This document shows, piece by piece, positions 42,060 through 50,129 of a DNA stretch of 64,000 nt. The stretch is taken from sequence record NC_070989.1. One strand, given 5' to 3'. The position numbers and the translations under genes are program-made. Position 1 is the stretch's first letter, and every line of letters begins with the position of its first letter. This DNA is from Escherichia phage vB_EcoP-CHD5UKE1. The notes beneath the pieces are model-generated. The model saw only the letters and a program-made list of their open reading frames with translations, made no database searches and had not been told where the DNA came from.

Positions 42060-42377
42060 TTACGATGAGCTTAAAGCTCCTTTGCGTGCTCCAGCTGCTT
42101 TTCCAGCTCGATCACCACTTTTGCCGCCGTTTGAACGGTTTGAGCTGACTGATTCAACACATAAGTTGCTTGACGCATTAGAGCCTCCAGACTTGACAGC
42201 TCGTTTGTGTCCAACATCTTTACCTCTGACAGCAGCTTTTCCATCGCGCTTTTCAACGATGCGACGTGCACGGTGGCGCTGAGCATCTCCGCTCTTGCTC
42301 CCAACGCCTGTTTCACCACGGGCAATTGCGGTACGTCTTTCTTGTGCATAATCTCTCTTTCCTACATGGTCTGCCAT
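42060..42377 (-). CDS. small basic Gly/Ser/Arg/Lys-rich protein (105 aa), locally GC-rich
   Basis: Strong AAGGAG RBS 6 nt before ATG 42377; terminator immediately downstream; a second long ORF (42071-42349) overlaps in another frame. Confidence 0.45.
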   Translation of the reverse strand: MADHVGKRDYAQERRTAIARGETGVGSKSGDAQRHRARRIVEKRDGKAAVRGKDVGHKRAVKSGGSNASSNLCVESVSSNRSNGGKSGDRAGKAAGARKGALSSS

Positions 42378-42431
42378 TTAAAACTCCTTAATATATCAGT
42401 GTACACTAAGGAGTATACATTATGGATGCTA

Positions 42432-42620
42432 TTAAAACTCTGCTAAGTATTTAATATCAGAGGCATATACCTCATCAAAGGAAATAACTTCTCCGTTGTA
42501 AAGAAGTTCTATCTTCAGTATACCAGAGCATTTGGTGTCTTTAGAGTCGACTCTGATAGAGAGCTTATCAACTATCTGAGCTTTAATCTCTTCTATTACT
42601 AACTCTTGAGTATTACTCAC
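42432..42620 (-). CDS. hypothetical protein (about 62 aa from GTG 42620; track ORF 42432-42680)
   Basis: GGGAGG RBS before GTG; starts just after stop of the upstream gene. Confidence 0.35.
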   Translation of the reverse strand: MSNTQELVIEEIKAQIVDKLSIRVDSKDTKCSGILKIELLYNGEVISFDEVYASDIKYLAEF

Positions 42621-42798
42621 TCCACCCTCCCGGTGGTACAAAATCATCAGGAACGTCAATGATAGTAGGTTCTCCATCATTCATGCAGGTGTCTTCATTG
42701 AACTCTTCACACTCAAAACATGCTCGTTCGATATTTTTGTAGAAGTCGATGGTTGCTGAACCATCACCACAATCTCGGATAACTAAAGAGACTTTCAT
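42613..42798 (-). CDS. small Cys-rich protein (61 aa)
   Basis: CGDGS...CFEC...C pattern; start overlaps PhoH stop. Confidence 0.4.
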   Translation of the reverse strand: MKVSLVIRDCGDGSATIDFYKNIERACFECEEFNEDTCMNDGEPTIIDVPDDFVPPGGWSE

Positions 42799-43538
42799 TT
42801 ATCTTGTTCCTTTTCCATAGCTTTAACAATGGCTTTACAGAAACCAGAACGAACAATATCATCCGACTCACCGTCTACAATCTCAGCGAACTCATACAGA
42901 TCATGTTCATCAATAAAGTTGGTAGCCCAAGTAAGACCACTCTCACGACCACGCATATCATGCTGGTTAGTATCACCCATGCAGAACAGCTGAGAGGTTT
43001 CTCCCAATCGAGTCATGATTGAGAAGGCTTCATCTTTAGTGGTGTTCTGGAACTCATCAACAATAACAATAGCATCATTGAAAGAACGACCACGGAGATA
43101 TTCCAGAGGTACGAACTCAATGTTGCTATTACCAAGTTGGCATTCATAGAACCCCTTACCATATCGCTGAGTGATAACATCAATGATAGGCATCAGGTAT
43201 GGTTCAAACTTCTCACGCATTCCTCCCGGAAGTAACCCAAGAGAGTTGCCCATGCCAACCGAAGGGCGACTCAGAATGATCTTCTGAATCTTACCACTCT
43301 TCAGTGCATCAATAACCGTGGAAGTGATTACAAAGGTCTTACCACAGCCCGCAGGAGCGTCTGTGAACACAACTTGTTTAGTCTTAATAGCATTGAGTAG
43401 CTCAGACTGAAACTGGTTCTGAGGGACTACAGGCTTTGCTAAAACCACCTCTTCATACTCTCGCTTACCTTTACGAGTAACAAGTGCTTCCCGACGAAGG
43501 TCTTTCCGTGATTCTTTCCGTGATTGACGACGACTCAT
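42795..43538 (-). CDS. phoH: PhoH-like ATPase (247 aa)
   Basis: Walker A APAGCGKTF, LLPGGMREKFEPYLMPIID, IVDEFQN blocks characteristic of PhoH. Confidence 0.75.
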   Translation of the reverse strand: MSRRQSRKESRKDLRREALVTRKGKREYEEVVLAKPVVPQNQFQSELLNAIKTKQVVFTDAPAGCGKTFVITSTVIDALKSGKIQKIILSRPSVGMGNSLGLLPGGMREKFEPYLMPIIDVITQRYGKGFYECQLGNSNIEFVPLEYLRGRSFNDAIVIVDEFQNTTKDEAFSIMTRLGETSQLFCMGDTNQHDMRGRESGLTWATNFIDEHDLYEFAEIVDGESDDIVRSGFCKAIVKAMEKEQDK

Positions 43539-43720
43539 TTACGCTCTCCAATTTCTTCGTAATGACACTCAGTAGTTAAGCAGTCTTTACAGATTGCTGT
43601 ATAAACCCTGACGTTAGTAAATCGTTTATTCTTCCCTTTGGTTGGAGAGCCTTTGGCAAGCTCTCTGATAACCTTGTTACTTAAATGAAGGTTTGTTCCT
43701 TCACATCTAGAGCACTTCAT
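43535..43720 (-). CDS. small zinc-ribbon protein (61 aa)
   Basis: CxxC...CxxC pairs (CSRCEG / CKDCLTTEC). Confidence 0.4.
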   Translation of the reverse strand: MKCSRCEGTNLHLSNKVIRELAKGSPTKGKNKRFTNVRVYTAICKDCLTTECHYEEIGERK

Positions 43721-44036
43721 GGTTCATATCTTTATGAATCCTGTAAACAGCTGTCGCCATACAAGCAACAGCCTCATTATGTGGGAGGTGCATTCCTGTA
43801 GAACCATCCCAATCTTTGAACTCAGCGTCAAAGACTCCGGTAGGCTCTGGATACAGAGCTTGCAGCTCCACTAGATCATTAGCAACTTGTTGCCATTTAT
43901 CATCAGACCAGATAGGGTCATCCAACCAGTAATACAAATAGGAATGGATGATCAATTGCCTTCTATGCCGATTGATTACTTCAGCTGGACTTATCTCACT
44001 TCCATTTGAAGTCCTAAATGTATTACCGTCGATCAT
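43707..44036 (-). CDS. hypothetical protein (109 aa) resembling the N-terminal Ia domain of NAD-dependent DNA ligase
   Basis: Pattern LIIHSYLYYWLDDPIWSDDKWQQVANDLVELQALYPE parallels LigA N-terminal LxxHxxxYYxxDxPxxxDxEYDxLxxxLxxLE. Confidence 0.35.
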   Translation of the reverse strand: MIDGNTFRTSNGSEISPAEVINRHRRQLIIHSYLYYWLDDPIWSDDKWQQVANDLVELQALYPEPTGVFDAEFKDWDGSTGMHLPHNEAVACMATAVYRIHKDMNHEVL

Positions 44037-44239
44037 TATGAAAATTTCCGTTCTGTTAAAAAGTATATAACTTCACCATCCGGAGACCGAACTTTCTCTC
44101 CGTTTACCAACTTCTTGGCGTCTTCATATGAAGAACAATCTAAAGCAGGGTTATCAGGTGTTGGTTTCCTTAGGAAATATTTCCAAGTCCAACGCTCTCC
44201 GTCATCGTCTTGGCAGTCAAGAGTCCACAAAGTTTTCAT
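44036..44239 (-). CDS. hypothetical protein (67 aa)
   Basis: ORF, ATGA overlap with upstream gene. Confidence 0.4.
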   Translation of the reverse strand: MKTLWTLDCQDDDGERWTWKYFLRKPTPDNPALDCSSYEDAKKLVNGEKVRSPDGEVIYFLTERKFS

Positions 44240-44401
44240 TTCACAACCTTAAATTTGAATGTTGTTGGGTGATAATAGTGCAACCTGTTAATGGTGTGCT
44301 TTGTTTCAAGATATATCCTACAAGAGTGACACATGACATGAGACAGACCAGTCACAGAGTTGGGTTTGAAGTTGGCGATAGGCTTCTCTTTCTTACAGAA
44401 G

Positions 44402-44421
<20 letters not shown>
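44236..44421 (-). CDS. small zinc-finger protein (about 61 aa from internal ATG; track ORF 44236-44484)
   Basis: CSFCKK...CHSC motif. Confidence 0.4.
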
Positions 44422-44746
<325 letters not shown>

Positions 44747-44895
44747 CAGAAATTCCTGCTAATCCTCTGAGTTGTGGGAACAGCAATATTCACATACTCC
44801 ACAACAAGGGCAAATTTCTACACTTGGGTCGTATGCATCATCAACTGTCATCCCACACTTAGTGCAGAACACATCATCATCTTCCTCTTCCAATA

Positions 44896-45552
44896 TTAAC
44901 TCTCCAAAGTTTTCTTCAGGGCTGCCCATGAGATTGGGTAAAGTTTAGCCATCTCTTCATCCAGAGATTGAGCAAACACTCGAACTTCGTATTGAGCGTG
45001 AGAGGAGAGTCGCTGACGACACAACTCAAACCAGCCATATAAAGAACCAGTCCACACCCACTCAGTGATCATTCCCTGAGGAAGAACAAATCGGGCTTGC
45101 TCTGGTGCAACGAATTCGATTAACTTGTCATATGCTGCTAGAGAAGCTTCATATGCATCGTTAATCAACATTAATGCTTCAGCTCGTTCTCCATCGATGA
45201 GTTGAACCCCTGAACCTGCATGGAGGTCCGAAGGTCTCGCAAAAATCTCTTTAGGGATGAAGACTTCAACTGCTCCATCTTTATACCGCCGGGACATTTC
45301 GTTCCACGAGAATCCAACCTGATGCTTGCCCAGCTGTCTCGCAATTGCGATAGGTGCTTTGCATCGGAAACTGACTTGCGGGTGTCGGAATGGGGTAACA
45401 TGCTTCTCTCTTGCGAGAAAGTTGATGAGACGTTCATCACGTTCATTTAAATCACCTTCACGGGTTACGCCAAAGGAAACTCGAGCTGCGTTTACTACGC
45501 TACGATCACTTCCCATAGCTTCGATTAATGTTGCTTGTAGTTGTTCATTCAT
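44896..45552 (-). CDS. thyX: flavin-dependent thymidylate synthase ThyX-like (218 aa)
   Basis: ThyX signature region GKHQVGFSWNEMSRRY (canonical RHR-x7-S with K-H-Q in place of R-H-R) and C-terminal ThyX-like block. Confidence 0.7.
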   Translation of the reverse strand: MNEQLQATLIEAMGSDRSVVNAARVSFGVTREGDLNERDERLINFLAREKHVTPFRHPQVSFRCKAPIAIARQLGKHQVGFSWNEMSRRYKDGAVEVFIPKEIFARPSDLHAGSGVQLIDGERAEALMLINDAYEASLAAYDKLIEFVAPEQARFVLPQGMITEWVWTGSLYGWFELCRQRLSSHAQYEVRVFAQSLDEEMAKLYPISWAALKKTLES

Positions 45553-45567
45553 CCGTGAATATCCTTA

Positions 45568-45843
45568 TTACTTATTTCTCAGGGCTGTGTCCAAAAATGC
45601 TTTCAGGTTTGCTTCAGTCTGCATACCGGAGAGGCTGTAGTGCGCACCACTGTTACGGTCAGGCACAACGAAAGCAGGGATACTTCGTACACCATACTTA
45701 ACAGCTTGTTCACGACCATCACCTTCAAGGATGTTAATCTCTTCCACTTCTACATCAAACTCCTTAACAACCTTCTCAAAGATAGGAGCCATTGCTTTAC
45801 ATGGAGCACACTGATCACTATAAAACTTAATTACTTTAGACAT
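45568..45843 (-). CDS. thioredoxin-like protein (91 aa)
   Basis: Active-site-like CAPCK in thioredoxin-type context. Confidence 0.7.
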   Translation of the reverse strand: MSKVIKFYSDQCAPCKAMAPIFEKVVKEFDVEVEEINILEGDGREQAVKYGVRSIPAFVVPDRNSGAHYSLSGMQTEANLKAFLDTALRNK

Positions 45844-45851
45844 GTAAATCC

Positions 45852-46031
45852 TTATGCGGTCAGGAGGTGAAGCAGGAACGGGATAACAACAGCTACGATA
45901 ACCATGATAGTTGATGCTGTTTGAATCTCACCTTTCTTATCAGGAGTTTCTTCAATAAGCTTACTAGAAGCCCAATAAATACCACCACCAATAAAGATAG
46001 CCCAAATACCCCATACGATTGCTGATAACAT
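45852..46031 (-). CDS. small membrane protein with two predicted TM helices (59 aa), holin-like candidate
   Basis: MLSAIVWGIWAIFIGGGIYW...IMVIVAVVIPFLL hydrophobic segments; AAGGA RBS; an alternative overlapping frame exists (45893-46165). Confidence 0.35.
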   Translation of the reverse strand: MLSAIVWGIWAIFIGGGIYWASSKLIEETPDKKGEIQTASTIMVIVAVVIPFLLHLLTA

Positions 46032-46091
46032 ATATCTATATCCTTATAAATAAGTTCGCCCCACCTCGGGTTAGGAGACAGGGCGGAGGTT

Positions 46092-46691
46092 TTAGTAAGA
46101 CACGTCACCACTTGAATGGGACATGTTGCTCTTGACGAAGTAGCAATACTTGCCAAGACCTTCATTAATTTCTTGAAGCATACTCTGATCGACAGGGTAG
46201 GTGGCTAAATCACCATCAAACTCATCCATCTTCTCAATAATACACATCAAGGTCATGCACATATCAGAGAGCATACCGTCCATGTCTAGATCAGCATTAC
46301 CCTCTGAGAACCAAGCATGAGAGAGATAGTTAGCTGCTGTAGCATCCACTTTAACGCAGTGGTAACGCATACGTTCAGCGATACGATCTCCTACCTGTCG
46401 TGCGTAATCTTCCAGCTCATCAAACATACCATGAACACCCTGAAATCCTGCACCAGAGACGTTCCAGTGGTAGTTTTTAGCTTTGATATGCAATAGTTCC
46501 ATGTTAGCTTGTAAGCAGCTCAGGATGTGTTCTAGGCTGTTTGCACTAATCATACCTTGCATCGTTTCAAGGCGAGAGATTGAAAGCTCAGACCGGTCTA
46601 ACATACTATAACTGTCACGACCAATCTCAGGTAAATCAAAGACATTCTTATGCATTTGGGTTTTCTCCATCAAGTTCAACTGAGTTAGCAA
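46092..46691 (-). CDS. Dps/ferritin-like protein (199 aa)
   Basis: Dps-like block LHIKAKNYHWNVSGAGFQGVHGMFDELEDYARQVGDRIAERM. Confidence 0.6.
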   Translation of the reverse strand: MLTQLNLMEKTQMHKNVFDLPEIGRDSYSMLDRSELSISRLETMQGMISANSLEHILSCLQANMELLHIKAKNYHWNVSGAGFQGVHGMFDELEDYARQVGDRIAERMRYHCVKVDATAANYLSHAWFSEGNADLDMDGMLSDMCMTLMCIIEKMDEFDGDLATYPVDQSMLQEINEGLGKYCYFVKSNMSHSSGDVSY

Positions 46692-46977
46692 CGTTACGTG
46701 AAATATTATCCATTACCTGCTGGGTAATTACGATGCAGTTCTGTGGGTCTACTGACTTAGAACGCCCCATTTCAGGGTCATACACCTTAACTCGCTTAGC
46801 AGTTGAACCTGTGACCTGAAGAACCTTCAACAGATACCCCTGATTACCAATAGACCAAGCAACAACATCACGATTCTTGATAAAGCGACCAAGCATATCA
46901 CGATGATAAAACTGTTGCATCACCTTGGATTTTGTAATCTCTTCAGTGGGCGGGGCCACTTTACTCAAATCTAACAT
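46648..46977 (-). CDS. hypothetical protein (109 aa)
   Basis: ORF in operon. Confidence 0.45.
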   Translation of the reverse strand: MLDLSKVAPPTEEITKSKVMQQFYHRDMLGRFIKNRDVVAWSIGNQGYLLKVLQVTGSTAKRVKVYDPEMGRSKSVDPQNCIVITQQVMDNISRNVANSVELDGENPNA

Positions 46978-47049
46978 AACTCTCTCCTGTAAAATACAAA
47001 TTCTTATTGTACTCTATATACATTTGAGAGTTATCATATCTACTACCAA

Positions 47050-47259
47050 TCAGTAGTAAATTACTTTAGACATAAAAGAACCAGTGTTAGGGTCTTCATA
47101 CCAGCGATGTATGTCAGCGCTTTTTACTATTGTGCCCAGAGTCTTCAACTGTTTCTTAGCAATACGAGCCTCTTTGCGAGTGTCAAACAATTTGATGTTA
47201 TCTTTTCTCATGTGTTGCTCAAGATCCCAAACAACATGAATAGCCCACATCTTTTTCAT
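47050..47259 (-). CDS. small basic protein (69 aa), member of a tandem three-gene paralog family
   Basis: Shares size, basic character and C-terminal KVxYY-type ending with the two upstream ORFs. Confidence 0.45.
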   Translation of the reverse strand: MKKMWAIHVVWDLEQHMRKDNIKLFDTRKEARIAKKQLKTLGTIVKSADIHRWYEDPNTGSFMSKVIYY

Positions 47260-47468
47260 TAGTAATGTACCTTTCCGCTGATATAAACACGACCAGAAGA
47301 ATACTCCTTGGCCTTATGAATACTGATGCTCTTAGTTAAGTCTACATTGAACATAGACTTTTTAAAATCTCGAGCCTGTTGACGAGTGGGTAGTGCAGTC
47401 ATAGTCATACCACCTGATGCCCACTTAATCTTTGCTAACCAAAATTGTCTCATAGTGATCGGTCTCAT
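47259..47468 (-). CDS. small basic protein (69 aa), paralog family member
   Basis: Tandem paralog; 1-nt overlap with neighbours. Confidence 0.45.
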   Translation of the reverse strand: MRPITMRQFWLAKIKWASGGMTMTALPTRQQARDFKKSMFNVDLTKSISIHKAKEYSSGRVYISGKVHY

Positions 47469-47665
47469 TAATAATAAACCTTACTGTTAACACAAAAAGC
47501 ACCTTCACTATTCACGATAGCTTTTCCTAGTGTAACCTTATTAAGTCTAAAAGTAGATTTGTATTGATTTTTGACCCTACGTGCGTGCTCTCGAGTCTTA
47601 ACAAAATCTACAGCTACTAACTCTCCAGTCGTGTTATCATGTACACGAACAATCCACTTTTTCAT
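47468..47665 (-). CDS. small basic protein (65 aa), paralog family member
   Basis: Tandem paralog ending SKVYY. Confidence 0.45.
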   Translation of the reverse strand: MKKWIVRVHDNTTGELVAVDFVKTREHARRVKNQYKSTFRLNKVTLGKAIVNSEGAFCVNSKVYY

Positions 47666-48199
47666 TTACACACCTTTAGATGCAACTACACCTTCAGAGT
47701 TATTATAACGACCCTTCACTGCATAGGAGTGCTCCCCTGCATGAGAGTGCTCAAACATGACCATCTGACCAACACGCATACCAGCACGAACTCGTAAGCT
47801 GTGGTGCTTGGTTACGTTATGGAATTCAAATGTCAGCTTACTGCTATTAAATCCTGCATCTGCCCAACCTGCGTGAAGGTGGTTCAAACCACAACGAGCC
47901 ATAGATGAACGCAGAACAAACAGACTTGAGATGTTGTCTGGAAGATTAAACTCCTCCATAGAGTGAGCCAAGAAGAACTGACCCGGAGTGATAACCAAAC
48001 CCTCTTCAGGAATCTTTACTTCCTTCCACTGAAGATTCTCTTTCGCATCAATATCAACGATGCCATCAGCCTGTTCTTCAACAAGGATAGTATCACCAAT
48101 ACGGATATCCACACTAGCAGCGTTAACATACTTATGCTCCGCATCCAGATAGCCATTGTCAATTACATCATGCAGTTCAACACTTCCTAGTAAACTCAT
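47666..48199 (-). CDS. dCTP deaminase/dUTPase-family protein (177 aa)
   Basis: Size and ASVDIRIGD block resembling the Dcd/dUTPase beta-barrel family. Confidence 0.55.
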   Translation of the reverse strand: MSLLGSVELHDVIDNGYLDAEHKYVNAASVDIRIGDTILVEEQADGIVDIDAKENLQWKEVKIPEEGLVITPGQFFLAHSMEEFNLPDNISSLFVLRSSMARCGLNHLHAGWADAGFNSSKLTFEFHNVTKHHSLRVRAGMRVGQMVMFEHSHAGEHSYAVKGRYNNSEGVVASKGV

Positions 48200-48208
48200 T
48201 CTTATTCC

Positions 48209-49570
48209 TTAGTTATTTGTTTCCATGTCAAAAGAGATTCCACGACCCGCTTCATCGGCAAACCGAACTGTTCGGGTTTGAGGTTCTAATACTTCAGGGT
48301 TGTTAGCAACAAACCGATCAGCGAGACTACGACTGACAGTCTCAGCTAATTCACCATGAGAAGGGATATCAAGACTACCTACCACATCTTGGGCCACACC
48401 TTCATCAGTCCACACAGCCCTAACAGGTGCGTTGATATCACCAACAGCAAAACCCTGACCAGAGAACTGACGTGCGCTAACAGTTAAACCGTTTGGTCGA
48501 CCACGAGAAGGTCTAGCCATCCATCGCTCCATAGAATCACTTGTAATACCAAGAGCTTCTTCAAAAGATGTTCTACGAGTAGGGCTTACTCTTCGTGACT
48601 CTTGTGCTCGACGCATTGCAGGGGCTACAAACACCCCTTCAATTGCATTGTGTCGGTTAGGTTCCTCTTCTCGACCAAGCAGATCACCACCCGTGTTAGT
48701 CGTTAAATTTGTCAACCCCTCAGACCAATACGCATGAATCTGACCAGAACCGTGAAGACTAGACATAATCTGAATCTCTTCATAAGGGATTCCAAAGAAT
48801 CGACTCATGTCTCGGTTGACACAATATAGAGCACTTGTTGTATCTTCAATAAGAGAAACCTGACCTAATCCATTGACTAGATGACTAACTGGCTGAGGTG
48901 TGGGAAGATATCGAGTTTGGGCCATGTATTGATGTGCAACTGCTGGAGAGGAAAATCTCAACACTTGTGAGTTAGGCCACTTCTTGTGAACATACCTGAT
49001 TTCACGACTAGAGACAACCACTGGACAAGGGGAAGTCATAGCCAAATATCCGTGAGAAGTCATGAATAAGTTGTCAAGAGTCATCGCACCACGGCACATC
49101 ATGGGAAAATTATCCAATACCTCTTCAATAGAAGTAGGATAATTAAACATGAATTGGATACGAACCCCATTCCACTGAAACTCAATAATATCAGTGAATG
49201 TTAATTGAGAACCCCCAGCATAGGATTCGTTTGTAGCTTCAGCAAGAAGTGATGCATATTCAATATCTTGTGACTCTAGCCATTCCTTCACATTACTTTC
49301 AATCTCCCGTCCAAGCTCTTGCCAACGATCAGTTGGGATGAAAGTGTTTTGAGTTCTTGGTGTTTGTCCTCTGACAATAAAGATATCAATGTCATGTGGA
49401 GCTATGTTATTAAGGACAGCATCACGAACAGCCCCACCAGTAATGATGGGACAGATACCATCTGGAATCAAGTTGTTATTAATCAACTGTTCAATGAAGT
49501 GACGACCAACAGTGATATCAGGTTGTTGAGCAACCTTATCTTCAATTTGGTTAATCGGGATAACAATCAT
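48209..49570 (-). CDS. nucleotidyltransferase with CCA-adding/poly(A)-polymerase-type head domain (about 453 aa from ATG 49570)
   Basis: GGAVRD followed by DIDIF (class II tRNA nucleotidyltransferase/PAP head signature GGxVRD...DxD); start 1 nt after the stop of the exonuclease gene. Confidence 0.55.
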   Translation of the reverse strand: MIVIPINQIEDKVAQQPDITVGRHFIEQLINNNLIPDGICPIITGGAVRDAVLNNIAPHDIDIFIVRGQTPRTQNTFIPTDRWQELGREIESNVKEWLESQDIEYASLLAEATNESYAGGSQLTFTDIIEFQWNGVRIQFMFNYPTSIEEVLDNFPMMCRGAMTLDNLFMTSHGYLAMTSPCPVVVSSREIRYVHKKWPNSQVLRFSSPAVAHQYMAQTRYLPTPQPVSHLVNGLGQVSLIEDTTSALYCVNRDMSRFFGIPYEEIQIMSSLHGSGQIHAYWSEGLTNLTTNTGGDLLGREEEPNRHNAIEGVFVAPAMRRAQESRRVSPTRRTSFEEALGITSDSMERWMARPSRGRPNGLTVSARQFSGQGFAVGDINAPVRAVWTDEGVAQDVVGSLDIPSHGELAETVSRSLADRFVANNPEVLEPQTRTVRFADEAGRGISFDMETNN

Positions 49571-49571
49571 T

Positions 49572-50129
49572 TTACATTTTCCAATATAATGAAGGTGGGT
49601 CGTAAGGGTCAAATCCCGTGAGTTCACACAAGAAAAGATAAACCTTAACAGTTAAGTTAACGTCCTGTTCACAATAAGTAAACATATCTTCAGTGAAAGC
49701 ATCCCATGCTTCCTCTTGCTCACCATAATCGCCCTTAAGCTCTCCTAAGAACTCACCCCACTGCTTCAAACCATGACCTCTTGGGCCACGTCTAGGGTCG
49801 CCTTTCGGATACTCAGGACTGTCACCAATACGGTCAGGTTTAAGATATCGACTAAGACATAAAGTGTCAAAGACGTTAAAATTATATTTAATCAAAGAGG
49901 GATACATCTTTTTCAGAGCAGGTAAGTCGAAGTCAATAATATTATGACCCACTAGTACATCTGCTTCTGTAAGTTTACGAATCCCATCTTCAATTTGGTG
50001 AGGCCGATAGCCCCACCTTTCACCAGTTTCAACATCAAAGATATAAATACACCATACTTTAGTTATGTCATCGTACAGTGCATTACTCTCGATATCGAAT
50101 GCAAACACTTTCTTCTTTTTCTTTACCAC
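49572..50129 (-). CDS. DnaQ-like DEDDh 3'-5' exonuclease (185 aa), separately encoded proofreading-type domain
   Basis: Exo I FDIES, Exo [11 protein letters not shown], Exo III YCEQD motifs. Confidence 0.75.
   Translation of the reverse strand: MVKKKKKVFAFDIESNALYDDITKVWCIYIFDVETGERWGYRPHQIEDGIRKLTEADVLVGHNIIDFDLPALKKMYPSLIKYNFNVFDTLCLSRYLKPDRIGDSPEYPKGDPRRGPRGHGLKQWGEFLGELKGDYGEQEEAWDAFTEDMFTYCEQDVNLTVKVYLFLCELTGFDPYDPPSLYWKM

Noticed and set aside
42071-42349. 92-aa alternative-frame ORF overlapping the 42060-42377 gene
   Set aside because: Not called as a gene because the other frame has the stronger RBS; kept only as a finding
45893-46165. 90-aa minus-strand ORF overlapping the Dps 3' end
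   Set aside because: Begins inside the Dps gene with no RBS; the 59-aa ORF 45852-46031 in another frame has an RBS and was preferred, though both are uncertain
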